A program made the position numbers and the translations under genes. Below are positions 52,084-61,925 of a DNA stretch of 64,000 bases, piece by piece. Origin of the DNA: Phormidesmis sp. (GTDB lineage Bacteria; Cyanobacteriota; Cyanobacteriia; Leptolyngbyales; Leptolyngbyaceae); NCBI GenBank assembly GCA_965248535.1, contig CBDFJR010000005.1, positions 2,112,001-2,176,000 of the forward strand, written 5' to 3'. Position 1 is the first letter of the stretch. Each line of letters begins with the position of its first letter. The notes under the pieces are model-generated. The model worked only from the letters and a program-made list of their open reading frames with translations, was not told the origin of the DNA and ran no database searches.

Positions 52084-53814
52084 ATGTATCTAAAGTGTTT
52101 AAGAGCTTCTCACCGGATCAAAGCTCTAGTTGGGTGGCTTGTTTGGTCTGTGGCGATCGTGACTCCGGCGATCGCGCAAAAGTCTTCGATTGAGATTCCG
52201 CCTCGACCTAACCCCAACCTCGATCGCATTCCCCAGTCGTCGCCTGCCCCAGACCCTCTGCCCAGTGAGTCGCCCACCCTTTCGGTGCCGCCTGCTTCCA
52301 TCTCGCCGCCGACATCGCCACCGATCAGAATTTTTGTTCGCAATATTAACGTGACGGGCAACACGCTATTCAAGCAGGAGATCCCGGCGATCATTCAACC
52401 TGCTGTCGGTCACGTTGTCTCCCTCGACGATCTGATCAAGATTGCAAACGACATCACTCAGCTTTATCTCAGTCAGGGCTACATCACTTCTAGAGCGGTC
52501 TTGGTCGATCAGGTGATTGTCGATGGCGTAGTGCAGATTAGGGTGATTGAAGGGTCGCTCGAAGAACTGATTATTGATGGGTTGCAGCGTCTCAAGCGCT
52601 CCTACATTCTCAGTCGCCTTCAACTCGGTCTCACAAAGCCGCTCAATAGAGACCAGCTTGAAGATCAGTTGAGATTACTCAAAGCTGACCCGTTGGTTGC
52701 CACGATCGAGGCTAGCCTTCGCCCCGGCAAAGAGTTAGGTCAAAGCATTCTCATCCTGCGAGTTAAAGAATCTCTGGCTATCAGCGGCTCGATCGGAGTC
52801 GATAACTACTCTTCGCCTAGCATCGGGGCAGATCGGCTAGGTGGTGTTGTCAGCGATCGCAACCTGACGGGAATCGGGGACGAGTTGAGCGGGGCCTATT
52901 ATCGCTCTCTGCAAGGGGGGGTTAGCCTCTTTGATTTTGCCTATCGCGTTCCTGTCAACCCCATGAACGGTACGATTCAACTGCGAGTGGCTCCTAGTCG
53001 CAGCAAAATTATTGAGCCTCCCTTTGATGTCTTTAACATTCGCAGTCAAACGGATCTGTATGAACTGAGCTATCGCCAACCCCTCCTTCGGACTCCTCGT
53101 GAGGAGTTGGCGCTGTCATTGGGGTTCACCGTGCAAAATAGTCAAACCTTTTTAGACGATGTGCCCTTTGGGTTTGGGGTGGGTGCAGACGCAGAGGGCA
53201 AAACCCAGACGCGGGTGTTGAAGTTTGGGCAAGACTATGTGAAGCGAGATCCCAAAGGGGCTTGGGCGCTACGATCGCAGTTCAGTCTCGGTCTAAATGT
53301 TTTAAATGCCACCCTTAACGATGGCTCTGCTCCTGATGGGCGCTTTTTTAGCTGGTTTGGTCAGGTGCAGCGAGTGCAGAGACTCAGCAATGCTCAGCTA
53401 TTGATCATTCAAGCCGATGGGCAACTGACCCCAGATGGTTTGCTGTCGTCGCAGCAGTTTGTGATCGGCGGTGGGCAGTCGCTGCGCGGCTATCGACAAA
53501 ATGCCCGATCGGGCGACAATGGGTTTCGGGTCTCGATTGAAGATCGCATTGCCCTTCAGCGTGATGCATCGGGTGTGCCCATGCTGCAACTTGCGCCCTT
53601 TGCTGATCTTGGCTCAGTTTGGAACCAGTCAAACAACCCCAACCAGTTGACGAATGAAACATTTTTAGCCTCGGCCGGGCTAGGGCTGATTTGGGAACCT
53701 GTTCCTCGCTTTTTGATCCGATTAGACTATGCAGTGCCGATCGTGCCCTTGAGCGATCGCGGCAACAATGCTCAAGATCGCGGCTTCCATTTCAGCGTTG
53801 GCTACAGTCTATAG
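52084..53814 (+). CDS. ShlB/FhaC/HecB (TpsB) outer-membrane transporter
   Basis: POTRA (YLSQGYITSRA..IEG), SLRGY motif, C-terminal barrel strands. Confidence 0.92.
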   Translation: MYLKCLRASHRIKALVGWLVWSVAIVTPAIAQKSSIEIPPRPNPNLDRIPQSSPAPDPLPSESPTLSVPPASISPPTSPPIRIFVRNINVTGNTLFKQEIPAIIQPAVGHVVSLDDLIKIANDITQLYLSQGYITSRAVLVDQVIVDGVVQIRVIEGSLEELIIDGLQRLKRSYILSRLQLGLTKPLNRDQLEDQLRLLKADPLVATIEASLRPGKELGQSILILRVKESLAISGSIGVDNYSSPSIGADRLGGVVSDRNLTGIGDELSGAYYRSLQGGVSLFDFAYRVPVNPMNGTIQLRVAPSRSKIIEPPFDVFNIRSQTDLYELSYRQPLLRTPREELALSLGFTVQNSQTFLDDVPFGFGVGADAEGKTQTRVLKFGQDYVKRDPKGAWALRSQFSLGLNVLNATLNDGSAPDGRFFSWFGQVQRVQRLSNAQLLIIQADGQLTPDGLLSSQQFVIGGGQSLRGYRQNARSGDNGFRVSIEDRIALQRDASGVPMLQLAPFADLGSVWNQSNNPNQLTNETFLASAGLGLIWEPVPRFLIRLDYAVPIVPLSDRGNNAQDRGFHFSVGYSL

Positions 53815-53820
53815 TCGGGG

Positions 53821-54432
53821 TTAAGGCTGCTGGTAGTCGGTGCCCCAAGCTTTAATGCCAGACTCGATCGGCTCAATGTCGATGCCAGTTGTGCTGTTGG
53901 TGATTTTGAGTTGAGTGGTGCCTCGACGAATCATGGAAGCTTGATAGGCCCGCCCATCTTTAGTCGATAGATAATTCTCCCGTCCTCCTGAGTTGGGCAA
54001 CTTAGTTGCAAAGACGTGATTTAACTCGGTTGAGTTGGTCTTTTTGTTGTAGATATTCATAAAAATGCTGGCCCCTTCTTCAAACACTCTCACCGATCGC
54101 GTGGTTGTCTCAAAAAATAAGCGGGTGCGGGCATCAAGCGGGTTTTGAGTCGGGGTTGGAGTCGGCGCAGGGGTCGGGCTAGGTGACGGTGAAGCGGCTG
54201 AGACATCAATCACATCATCTCTCACCCAGCCGTCTTTGGTGGTGTCGAAGCTGACTCGATACCAATAGAAGCCAGACGCATCTGCCCCCAAGGTTTGGTC
54301 GGTGACTGCAACGCGAGTGCCAACGGGTTTTGAGACAAAATCAGAGGCTAAATCTGGGCTGGTGCGAATTCTAACCATTGTCACGCCAGGGGTGTTGCTC
54401 TTGAGTTGACCGACTTTTGGGGGATTAAACAT
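53821..54432 (-). CDS. SH3-like domain protein with P/T linker
   Basis: VRIRTSP..WYRVSF..DGWVRDDVI. Confidence 0.7.
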   Translation of the reverse strand: MFNPPKVGQLKSNTPGVTMVRIRTSPDLASDFVSKPVGTRVAVTDQTLGADASGFYWYRVSFDTTKDGWVRDDVIDVSAASPSPSPTPAPTPTPTQNPLDARTRLFFETTTRSVRVFEEGASIFMNIYNKKTNSTELNHVFATKLPNSGGRENYLSTKDGRAYQASMIRRGTTQLKITNSTTGIDIEPIESGIKAWGTDYQQP

Positions 54433-54591
54433 TAGAAGGGTCTCTTATGGTTAATGGCTTGGGGAGAAGACAGACTTAGTATACCGGACGACCCCGTTCA
54501 CCTGCCGCTATCATTTCTCAGACTCAATTGAGCGGCTCAACACAGTCGGCGAGCAATGAGGCTGTTGGGCTGTGATTTTTCGCCAACAGGT

Positions 54592-55044
54592 TCACATAAT
54601 AGATTGCCAGTCTAAGGCTTTAATAAACCAGGACAGATGAACCACATTGGTGGTTGCAACAATGACTTCTGTTGTCTCATTGCAGAGAAGGCGGGCTTGA
54701 GCAGACAGAATTACATCTCCATCTAACGCTTTAGCATCTGCGGTCGGTCGTCCAGCTTGCCTGGCTTCTGCCCACAATTCAGCCGCTAAGAGCATAGTGT
54801 TTGTTTGAATCGGAATGTAGTCGAGAGTTTGCTTCAAATTGTCAAGCCGACGCAAACTTTGCAACAGCCCTGCGCGAAGGAGTTCACGGCGAACTTCGTA
54901 ATCTGAAATTTCGGGAATGGCAACTCTCTCTCCGCGTCGTAAGACGGATTTTAGCCACAGTTGACAATTTAAGGGAGTGCCTGTGGCTTTAGGATTCGTT
55001 ACCATCCCTAAGGGGCCAGAATCCAGCAAAATTAAACGAGTCAT
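54592..55044 (-). CDS. PIN-domain (VapC-like) toxin
   Basis: LLDSG, PEISDYEVRRE, DGDVILSAQ, ATTNV. Confidence 0.88.
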   Translation of the reverse strand: MTRLILLDSGPLGMVTNPKATGTPLNCQLWLKSVLRRGERVAIPEISDYEVRRELLRAGLLQSLRRLDNLKQTLDYIPIQTNTMLLAAELWAEARQAGRPTADAKALDGDVILSAQARLLCNETTEVIVATTNVVHLSWFIKALDWQSIM

Positions 55045-55346
55045 GGGAATAAGGGGCGATCGGACAACCGATCCTCATCGAGAGCAGTTTTCAGAAATTC
55101 CCACGCTTGCTGATGCTCTGATGCGTCTTCAGTGTCATCTAGCCACGAGTCTAGAAGGTCGATCGCCGCTTGATTTTTCTGTGCTTGCTCGGCATCGACG
55201 ATGGATAGAGCCGTTGATGGAATCTTTTGTCGAAACTGGCGCAAGGTATCGAGTAAATCTGCCCAATATTCTCTGGGAGTTGCCTCAATTTCTTGGAGCA
55301 GAACTTCGAGAGTGGTTGGAGGTGAGCTAAAACGGTCTGTTGCCAT
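55041..55346 (-). CDS. Putative cognate antitoxin
   Basis: Small acidic ORF with ATGA overlap onto the PIN gene. Confidence 0.7.
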   Translation of the reverse strand: MATDRFSSPPTTLEVLLQEIEATPREYWADLLDTLRQFRQKIPSTALSIVDAEQAQKNQAAIDLLDSWLDDTEDASEHQQAWEFLKTALDEDRLSDRPLFP

Positions 55347-55568
55347 ATTGTGAAGGTTGCCGTTGAAGGATTCCACCTCAACTTTAACTGAGTCAGCCTT
55401 TGGGCACAACAATCGGCAGAGCCTAATCAAAATGAGGTTTTTGGCTAAAATCAGGTCAAGGCTTATTCTTTAGTTTCTGGCGCTACTGAAGTCAGATGAT
55501 AGGCATTTGCTGATAGGTCTGTGGAAACTGCCCGACAGAGAACGCGCTCTGGCTTATTTTGCAGGGCG

Positions 55569-55799
55569 TAGTGCGATCGTGACTTTCCCCAATGCCATTG
55601 TCACTGCTCAACATGCAACCGTGTGTCAATGCAACGCCATTGTGCGTTGATACAGCGCCATTGTGGCCCAATGCAACGCGACTGCAAGCTGATGCAATGC
55701 CATTGTCGCCGCTCAATGTTTAATTGTGCGTCGATGCAACCCTATTGTGCATCGATACAACCCTATGGTGACCCTAGGCAACGCTAGGGCAAATCATGG
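55569..55799. repeat. Degenerate 21-bp tandem array, ~11 units (CAACGCCATTGTG-N5-ATG-like)
   Basis: Units start at 55590, 55611, 55632, 55653, 55674, 55695, 55716, 55737, 55758, 55779 without indels. Confidence 0.85.
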
Positions 55800-55927
55800 G
55801 GTTGCTCGATCGTGCCACTCCTAATCTCATCGGGGCGCAATCAACGGTAGCTTTTCTAAAAACACACAGTGCTGAGAAGCCGATAGAATAAAGGATGGAA
55901 TTCAGACGATCAGCGGAGAACATCATT

Positions 55928-56671
55928 ATGGCGCAGTTGACCGCGCAGCCCAGCAGCGAACTGGATATTTCTAGCCTCAATGCAGACCTCGCTAACCAAA
56001 GTCCGCAAAAGATTCTTGCCACTGCTCTGAGTCAGTTTGACAGCATCGCCATCTCGTTTAGCGGGGCTGAAGATGTCGTTTTGATCGACATGGCGCACAA
56101 GATCAACAAAGACATCAAAGTGTTTAGTCTCGATACGGGTCGGCTTCATGCTGAGACTTATCAGTTTATTGAGCGAGTCAGAAAGCACTATGGGATCACG
56201 ATCGAGGTGATGTATCCCGATGCGACGCAGCTTGAAACGTTAGTCACCACAAAAGGCCTCTTCAGCTTTTATGAAGACGGGCACCAAGAATGCTGCGGCA
56301 TTCGCAAAGTTGCCCCATTGCGCCGCAAACTGTCCACGCTAAATGCTTGGATTACGGGTCAGCGCAAAGACCAAAGTCCGACCCGATCGAATGTGCCTGT
56401 CGTGCAGATTGATCAGGCATTTTCAACTGACGATCGGGCTTTAATCAAATTCAACCCGCTAGCAAACTGGACTTCGGCAGACGTTTGGATGTATATCCGA
56501 TCGTATGAAGTGCCTTACAATCCTCTCCACGAGCGCGGGTTTATCAGCATTGGCTGTGAGCCATGCACTCGACCGACTTTGCCCCAACAACACGAGCGAG
56601 AAGGGCGCTGGTGGTGGGAAGATGCCACCAAAAAAGAGTGTGGGCTGCACGCGCCAACGCAGGAAGATTAA
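55928..56671 (+). CDS. cysH: Thioredoxin-dependent sulfonucleotide reductase, [4Fe-4S] APS-reductase type
   Basis: [31 protein letters not shown]. Confidence 0.93.
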   Translation: MAQLTAQPSSELDISSLNADLANQSPQKILATALSQFDSIAISFSGAEDVVLIDMAHKINKDIKVFSLDTGRLHAETYQFIERVRKHYGITIEVMYPDATQLETLVTTKGLFSFYEDGHQECCGIRKVAPLRRKLSTLNAWITGQRKDQSPTRSNVPVVQIDQAFSTDDRALIKFNPLANWTSADVWMYIRSYEVPYNPLHERGFISIGCEPCTRPTLPQQHEREGRWWWEDATKKECGLHAPTQED

Positions 56672-56677
56672 AGCTTC

Positions 56678-57784
56678 TCAATGCACTAGCTGATGCTGAA
56701 TTTTGATGCCTCGGCTCTGCATTACCTGCTCAAACAAATCAGTCGGGAGGGCTTGCTCGATCGCCCACACTCCCGGCTTTTTTAATTGCCCCGATAGCAA
56801 TAGCTCCACCACGGTGCCCGTGCCGCAGCCTGCCGCGATCGCCGTGTCGTCATGAATCAACGTCGAGCAGCAGCGCATCGGCTGCCCATCTTTGGTGCCC
56901 GTCACCTCAGAGCGAATCGCCACCCCAATGCCGCTAAAGCGATCGCTGACATCGGTCATAAAATGGCTAACATAAGACAGAAACTCAATCACGGCGGCGT
57001 TGCGTAACCAGCTAGGATGCCACCAGCGCGCCACGCTCCAAGTTAGATAGTTATAAAACGTCGGCATCGTTGCAAACTTAGTGATCACCGTTTTGACCGG
57101 AAAGGTGTCGGGCAGCGTAAACGCTTCGGGCATATCAAACCAATACACGCCCACTTTGCCATAGGGAGCCGGAAACTCAATCACTTCGCGATCGCTATAG
57201 GGTTTGACCGATCGCCATTCGCCATTCATCCAAACTTCAAACGGGCGCTGTAACCCTAAAAATGTGGTTCGCATGACGGTAACGCCTGCGCCGCCTGAAC
57301 CTGACACCACATAGCTCAAATGAATCTTTTCAGCCGTGTCTAACTGCTCAACACCCTGACGCACCATGCTGTTAGAGATGCCCGGAAAGATGCCTGTGTT
57401 GATCACCGCCGTCACCCCCGCGGCTTGAGCTTCGGCTCGATAGTCTAAAACTTTGCGAGTAAAGGAAGGATGATCGCTGACATCGACATAATCTGCGCCT
57501 TGCTGAATGCACAGCTTTAGCACTTCAGCATCGCGATAGTGAAACGGCCCAGCGCAGTGCACGACCACATCAGTTTGAGCGATCGCCGCTTGCAGGGCTT
57601 GTTGATCCGCCAAATCGATGGTCACAAACTGAACTCTTGACCCTAGATCATCACTTTTCTGATTGCCCTTGGTGAGATTGCGTCCGGCGATCGTCACCGA
57701 TGCTTGGGTATGAGCCAAAAGGTCTGCCGCCACTTTGCTGCCAATTCTGCCACTGCCACCGAGAATCAAAACCTGATTTGTCAT
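56678..57784 (-). CDS. Saccharopine dehydrogenase-like oxidoreductase
   Basis: GGSGRIG, HCAGPF, GIFPGISN. Confidence 0.88.
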   Translation of the reverse strand: MTNQVLILGGSGRIGSKVAADLLAHTQASVTIAGRNLTKGNQKSDDLGSRVQFVTIDLADQQALQAAIAQTDVVVHCAGPFHYRDAEVLKLCIQQGADYVDVSDHPSFTRKVLDYRAEAQAAGVTAVINTGIFPGISNSMVRQGVEQLDTAEKIHLSYVVSGSGGAGVTVMRTTFLGLQRPFEVWMNGEWRSVKPYSDREVIEFPAPYGKVGVYWFDMPEAFTLPDTFPVKTVITKFATMPTFYNYLTWSVARWWHPSWLRNAAVIEFLSYVSHFMTDVSDRFSGIGVAIRSEVTGTKDGQPMRCCSTLIHDDTAIAAGCGTGTVVELLLSGQLKKPGVWAIEQALPTDLFEQVMQSRGIKIQHQLVH

Positions 57785-58015
57785 GCCGATCGCTACCGAA
57801 CTCTAGATTTATCGTTTATGGGCGCAAAGAGAATCGATGCATCGCTCTCTTTGCGATCGCCGATCTTTATTAGAGCCTAGAAGCTGTTTGAAAAGTTATC
57901 GCCACCCCAATTGGACTTGGGAAACATCACAATCGTCAATAAGACATAAGTTCTAGCGGTTTTGGATTAACTGCGAAAGTTTGTTCTATCCTGAGAATGC
58001 TAGGGAGTTCAGAAT

Positions 58016-59611
58016 GTGTCTGGTATGACGGTTCAGTTGCGCCGATCGCTGGTTTTAGGAGGAGTCGGTCTGACCCTTGTGGTTGGGTTGCTCGAAGGTG
58101 TGTCTCACAGCCTCGGTGAGTGGGCCCCTGCAATCGTCTTGGGCAGTGGCGTGGCCTGGCTGTTTCTGCGATTTCAGCCCAGCAGTGACGCTAAACTAGC
58201 CCCCGTCCCCGTCAATTTAACGAGCGTTAAGACCGCCCTAGCAGATGCAGAAGGGGTGATCAATCAACTGGCGGTTGAGGTGAGCGATCGCCCGATCAAC
58301 GGCAGCGATCAGCAGCTATTAGACCTACGATCGCAGATCAATCAAATTACAACTGAACTGCAACGTGACGAGATTCGTCTAGTGGTTATGGGCGGCAAAT
58401 CGGTGGGCAAAACGTCGCTCACGCAGCTTTTGCAGTCAACTTGGGCTTCAAAATTATCTCAAAAGTTGACATTAAGCGACACCCCAGAATTGTTTGCCGC
58501 CACCGAAGATAGAATCGTGGCAGAACGTGACGCTTGGAAGTTAGCCCGATCGGCCGATCTCATTTTGTTTTTAACGAATGGCGATCTAACGGCATCACAG
58601 CTTCAGGTTATGCAAAAATTATCAGCCGCGCACAAGCGCATCGTGCTGTTGTTGAACAAACAAGATCACTATCTGCCAGACGAACAGCAACAGTTGTTGC
58701 ATCAGCTTCGACAACGGGCAGAAAAAATTCTCGCACCGCGAGATGTGATGGCGATCGCGACCAATCCCAAACCCCAAAAAGTGCGGCAGCATCAAGTCGA
58801 CGGTTCCATTAGAGAATGGTTGGAAACGCCCGCACCCCAGATTTCAGAGTTGACCGATCGCTTGAGCGAGATTCTGCTGCAAGAAGCAAAGCAACTCGTT
58901 TTGGCTAGCTCGTTTGGCACCGTCAATGAGATCAAGGCAGAAGCAAAAAAAGCATTAAACACAGTGCGCCGCGATCGGGCAACTCCCCTCCTTGATCAAG
59001 CTCAGTGGATTGTCGCCACCACCACCTTTGCCAACCCGTTTCCGGCGTTAGATCTGTTGGCAGCCGCCGCAATCAATGCCCAAATGGTGCTCGACCTGAG
59101 TCAGCTTTATCAACAAAAATTCTCTCTCTCTCAAGCCAAAACCGTTGCGACAACCATGGCGAGTCTGATGGTGAAACTAGGAGTGGTCGAGATTTCGACG
59201 CAAGCGATCGCCACCGTGCTTAAAACGAATGTGGTTACCTATGTCGCGGGTGGCGTGCTGCAAGGGGTCAGCGCCGCTTATCTGACTCGCCTCGCCGGGC
59301 TGACGCTGATCGAATATTTTGAAAGTGACATTGCTGAAGGGACGGTGAAACGCGATCGGCTTCAGCAAATTATGGAGAAGATCTTCCAGCAAAATCAACG
59401 GATTCCGTTTTTGCAAGCATTTGTTAAGCAAGCGATCGACAAACTCAAATCGACGACATCAGCCCCTAAACTAGAGCCGTGGACAACTGAGCCAATGGCA
59501 GAGCTTCCGGCTCCGCAAGAGCAGCTTTTGCAAATAGGGGCAAAACTTGAAGCTGAACCGTCCCAGATTCCGATCTTGTTAGAGATGCCAGAAGAAATCA
59601 TTGCGTCTTAA
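58016..59611 (+). CDS. Membrane-anchored DUF697 protein with degenerate GTPase domain
   Basis: N-terminal TMs, GGKSVGKT, DTPE instead of DxxG, NKQD, NPFPALDLL. Confidence 0.8.
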   Translation: MSGMTVQLRRSLVLGGVGLTLVVGLLEGVSHSLGEWAPAIVLGSGVAWLFLRFQPSSDAKLAPVPVNLTSVKTALADAEGVINQLAVEVSDRPINGSDQQLLDLRSQINQITTELQRDEIRLVVMGGKSVGKTSLTQLLQSTWASKLSQKLTLSDTPELFAATEDRIVAERDAWKLARSADLILFLTNGDLTASQLQVMQKLSAAHKRIVLLLNKQDHYLPDEQQQLLHQLRQRAEKILAPRDVMAIATNPKPQKVRQHQVDGSIREWLETPAPQISELTDRLSEILLQEAKQLVLASSFGTVNEIKAEAKKALNTVRRDRATPLLDQAQWIVATTTFANPFPALDLLAAAAINAQMVLDLSQLYQQKFSLSQAKTVATTMASLMVKLGVVEISTQAIATVLKTNVVTYVAGGVLQGVSAAYLTRLAGLTLIEYFESDIAEGTVKRDRLQQIMEKIFQQNQRIPFLQAFVKQAIDKLKSTTSAPKLEPWTTEPMAELPAPQEQLLQIGAKLEAEPSQIPILLEMPEEIIAS

Positions 59612-59633
59612 TTGTTTAGAAAGGGTGGGAGAG

Positions 59634-60098
59634 ATGAAATTAAGAATGCTAATCGCAACGCTGTTGAGTAGCGGAATAGCAACCGCAGCAACCGCAACTG
59701 GATTGCCTCTGCAAGTCGGAATGTATCACATGGGAGCGAGTAATTACATTCAAATTGCGGTGAAAGGCGATCGGCTTTGCTATAACGGGTTTTCGTCTAG
59801 AGGGTCGGCGGTTGGCTCGATCGTGCCTGACTCAAAACTCCCAGATGTCTATCGGATCAATGGGCTTGATAATCTGGTGCTCTATCAGCAAGACATGAAA
59901 ACGCTGTTGTATGGAGAAGTCCATCAGATGAATGCCTACGAAGCCGATTATGGGGCTGAACGCACGATCGGCACAACGTTGCAGCAGTGTCTCGACTCAA
60001 ACTCTGCATTTTTTAAGCGAGAAGGGATTTCGCCATCGTCTTTGTCCCCACGATCGCCCTCACCACTCTTCAAACGACAAAACCCACTGCCTCGTTAG
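59634..60098 (+). CDS. Secreted hypothetical protein
   Basis: Signal peptide MKLRMLIATLL..ATA; GGGAG RBS. Confidence 0.7.
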   Translation: MKLRMLIATLLSSGIATAATATGLPLQVGMYHMGASNYIQIAVKGDRLCYNGFSSRGSAVGSIVPDSKLPDVYRINGLDNLVLYQQDMKTLLYGEVHQMNAYEADYGAERTIGTTLQQCLDSNSAFFKREGISPSSLSPRSPSPLFKRQNPLPR

Positions 60099-60446
60099 CA
60101 AATGAGTAGTCCATACCTGTAGCAGAGATTGTTTGCAACCGCTCAGTTGGAACGATGATTTTGCGGCTGTTAACTATGAGGATCAAATTGACGTGACGAC
60201 CTTAATCCATCGTCGTGTGCAACTCGCCCGTCAACGCAGCAATTCAACTGTGACTAGCCGTTAATGAGTGAGATTGCAGAGGTGATAAAACCATATCGAA
60301 GTAATTCGTGATAGCCAGCAGCACAGCGATTTGTTTACAGCGGACGTGCTCTAGCAGATCGCTAGGTAGGGTTTTCACGATCGCCACATCCATCCCCAAA
60401 CCCGCCATTCTGCACGAAAATAGATTTAGCGTTCATCGGTTTCACC

Positions 60447-61865
60447 TTGAGTCAAGCTCAATCTTCTCGATCGACTCCCCGCCCCACGCCTCAAGAGACG
60501 CAGCTTATTCGAGCGCGGGCCAGTTTGCGGCAAGCCGTCGCCAATTATTCGCAATGTCTGCGATCGTCCAAAAATCCTGCTCTGCAAACGGCGCTCAAAA
60601 CAGAACTCGATCGCTTGTCTGCCAATCTTAATAAGCTAGATCAGGCGATCGTGCGAATTGCGGTCTTTGGTTTAGTCAGTCGAGGCAAGTCTGCGATTCT
60701 CAATGCGCTGCTGGGCGAGAAAGTCTTAGAAACCGGCCCGATTAATGGGGTAACGCTCAAACCCCAGGTGATTCGGTGGTCGCCAACTGGGGGAATTGTG
60801 CCGCCAGAGCGGGCGATCGTGCCTCAAGGTGCCAAGGTGCAAATCGAACTGATCGATACCCCCGGACTGGATGAAGTTGACGGACAAACCCGTGCAGACA
60901 TGGCGCGAGACGTGGCAGATCAGGCAGATTTAATCCTCTTCATCGTCGCTGGAGACATCACCCGCACTGAATACAAGGCGCTCTGTGACTTGCGCCAGGC
61001 CCAAAAGCCGTTGATTTTGGTGTTTAACAAAATTGATCTCTACCCCGATCAAAGTCGCCAAGCGATTTATGAAAGCTTGCAGCGATTGGGCGCACGCACC
61101 GGAAGCGGAGCACAACTTCAGCAGTTATTAACGGCGGATGAAATTGTCATGGTGGCAGCAGAGCCAGCCCCGTTGCAGATGCGGGTTGAGTGGGCAGACG
61201 GACGAGTGACGCACGAATGGGAAACGCCGCCGCCCCAAATTGATGAATTGAAATACAAAATTCTCACCATTTTGAATCGGGAAGGACGATCGCTGCTGGC
61301 GCTGAATGCGCTCTCTCAGGCAAAAAATGCCGAGACCCGCATGGCAGAAGCGATCGTCGAAATTCGCAACGCTGACGCAGAGGCGCTGATCTGGAAATTC
61401 ACCCGCTATAAAGCCTTAGCGGTGGGGCTAAACCCGATCGCCATTCTCGACTTAATCGGTGGCACTGTCTCAGATTTAGCCATGATCCGAGCGTTGGGCG
61501 AACTGTATGGGTTGCCGATGACTCGCTATGAGGCGGGCAAATTGCTGAAGACAATTCTCGTTAGCTCTGGCAGCCTGCTGTTGAGCGAGATTGGCAGCGG
61601 CGTTCTGTTGGGAATGGGCAAAAGTGTATCGGCGATCGCGACCAGCACTGACACCTCAGCCGGGTTTTCGGCCTTAGCAGGTGTGGCGATCGTGCAGGCA
61701 GGCATTGCAGGCTACGGCTCTTATTCCGTCGGTCGGGCGGCACAAGTTTATTTACAACAGGGCTGTACGTGGGGTTCGCAAGGTGCCAGCACCGTGATTC
61801 GCGAGATCCTCAACCAAGTCGAACCCAACACCATTATTTATCGATTGCGCCAAGAGTTGATGTAG
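60447..61865 (+). CDS. Era-like GTP-binding protein with DUF697
   Basis: GLVSRGKS, DTPG, NKID, NPIAILDL. Confidence 0.88.
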   Translation: MSQAQSSRSTPRPTPQETQLIRARASLRQAVANYSQCLRSSKNPALQTALKTELDRLSANLNKLDQAIVRIAVFGLVSRGKSAILNALLGEKVLETGPINGVTLKPQVIRWSPTGGIVPPERAIVPQGAKVQIELIDTPGLDEVDGQTRADMARDVADQADLILFIVAGDITRTEYKALCDLRQAQKPLILVFNKIDLYPDQSRQAIYESLQRLGARTGSGAQLQQLLTADEIVMVAAEPAPLQMRVEWADGRVTHEWETPPPQIDELKYKILTILNREGRSLLALNALSQAKNAETRMAEAIVEIRNADAEALIWKFTRYKALAVGLNPIAILDLIGGTVSDLAMIRALGELYGLPMTRYEAGKLLKTILVSSGSLLLSEIGSGVLLGMGKSVSAIATSTDTSAGFSALAGVAIVQAGIAGYGSYSVGRAAQVYLQQGCTWGSQGASTVIREILNQVEPNTIIYRLRQELM

Positions 61866-61873
61866 AAACGCGT

Positions 61874-61910
61874 TTAGATCCCCAACTTCTCTAAGAAGTT
61901 GGGGATCTAA
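61874..61910. repeat. Perfect 17-bp-arm palindrome (dispersed cyanobacterial repeat or bidirectional terminator)
   Basis: TTAGATCCCCAACTTCT-CTA-AGAAGTTGGGGATCTAA. Confidence 0.85.
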
Positions 61911-61925
61911 CTCCCGTGGTCTGCC

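Noticed and set aside
55569..55799. CRISPR array
   Set aside because: Contiguous 21-bp degenerate units with no repeat-spacer structure and no cas genes
60785..60835. In-frame small-repeat insertion in the GTPase (GGIVPPERAIVPQG)
   Set aside because: Looks like a loop insertion, but there is no clear hairpin or second copy; it needs an alignment
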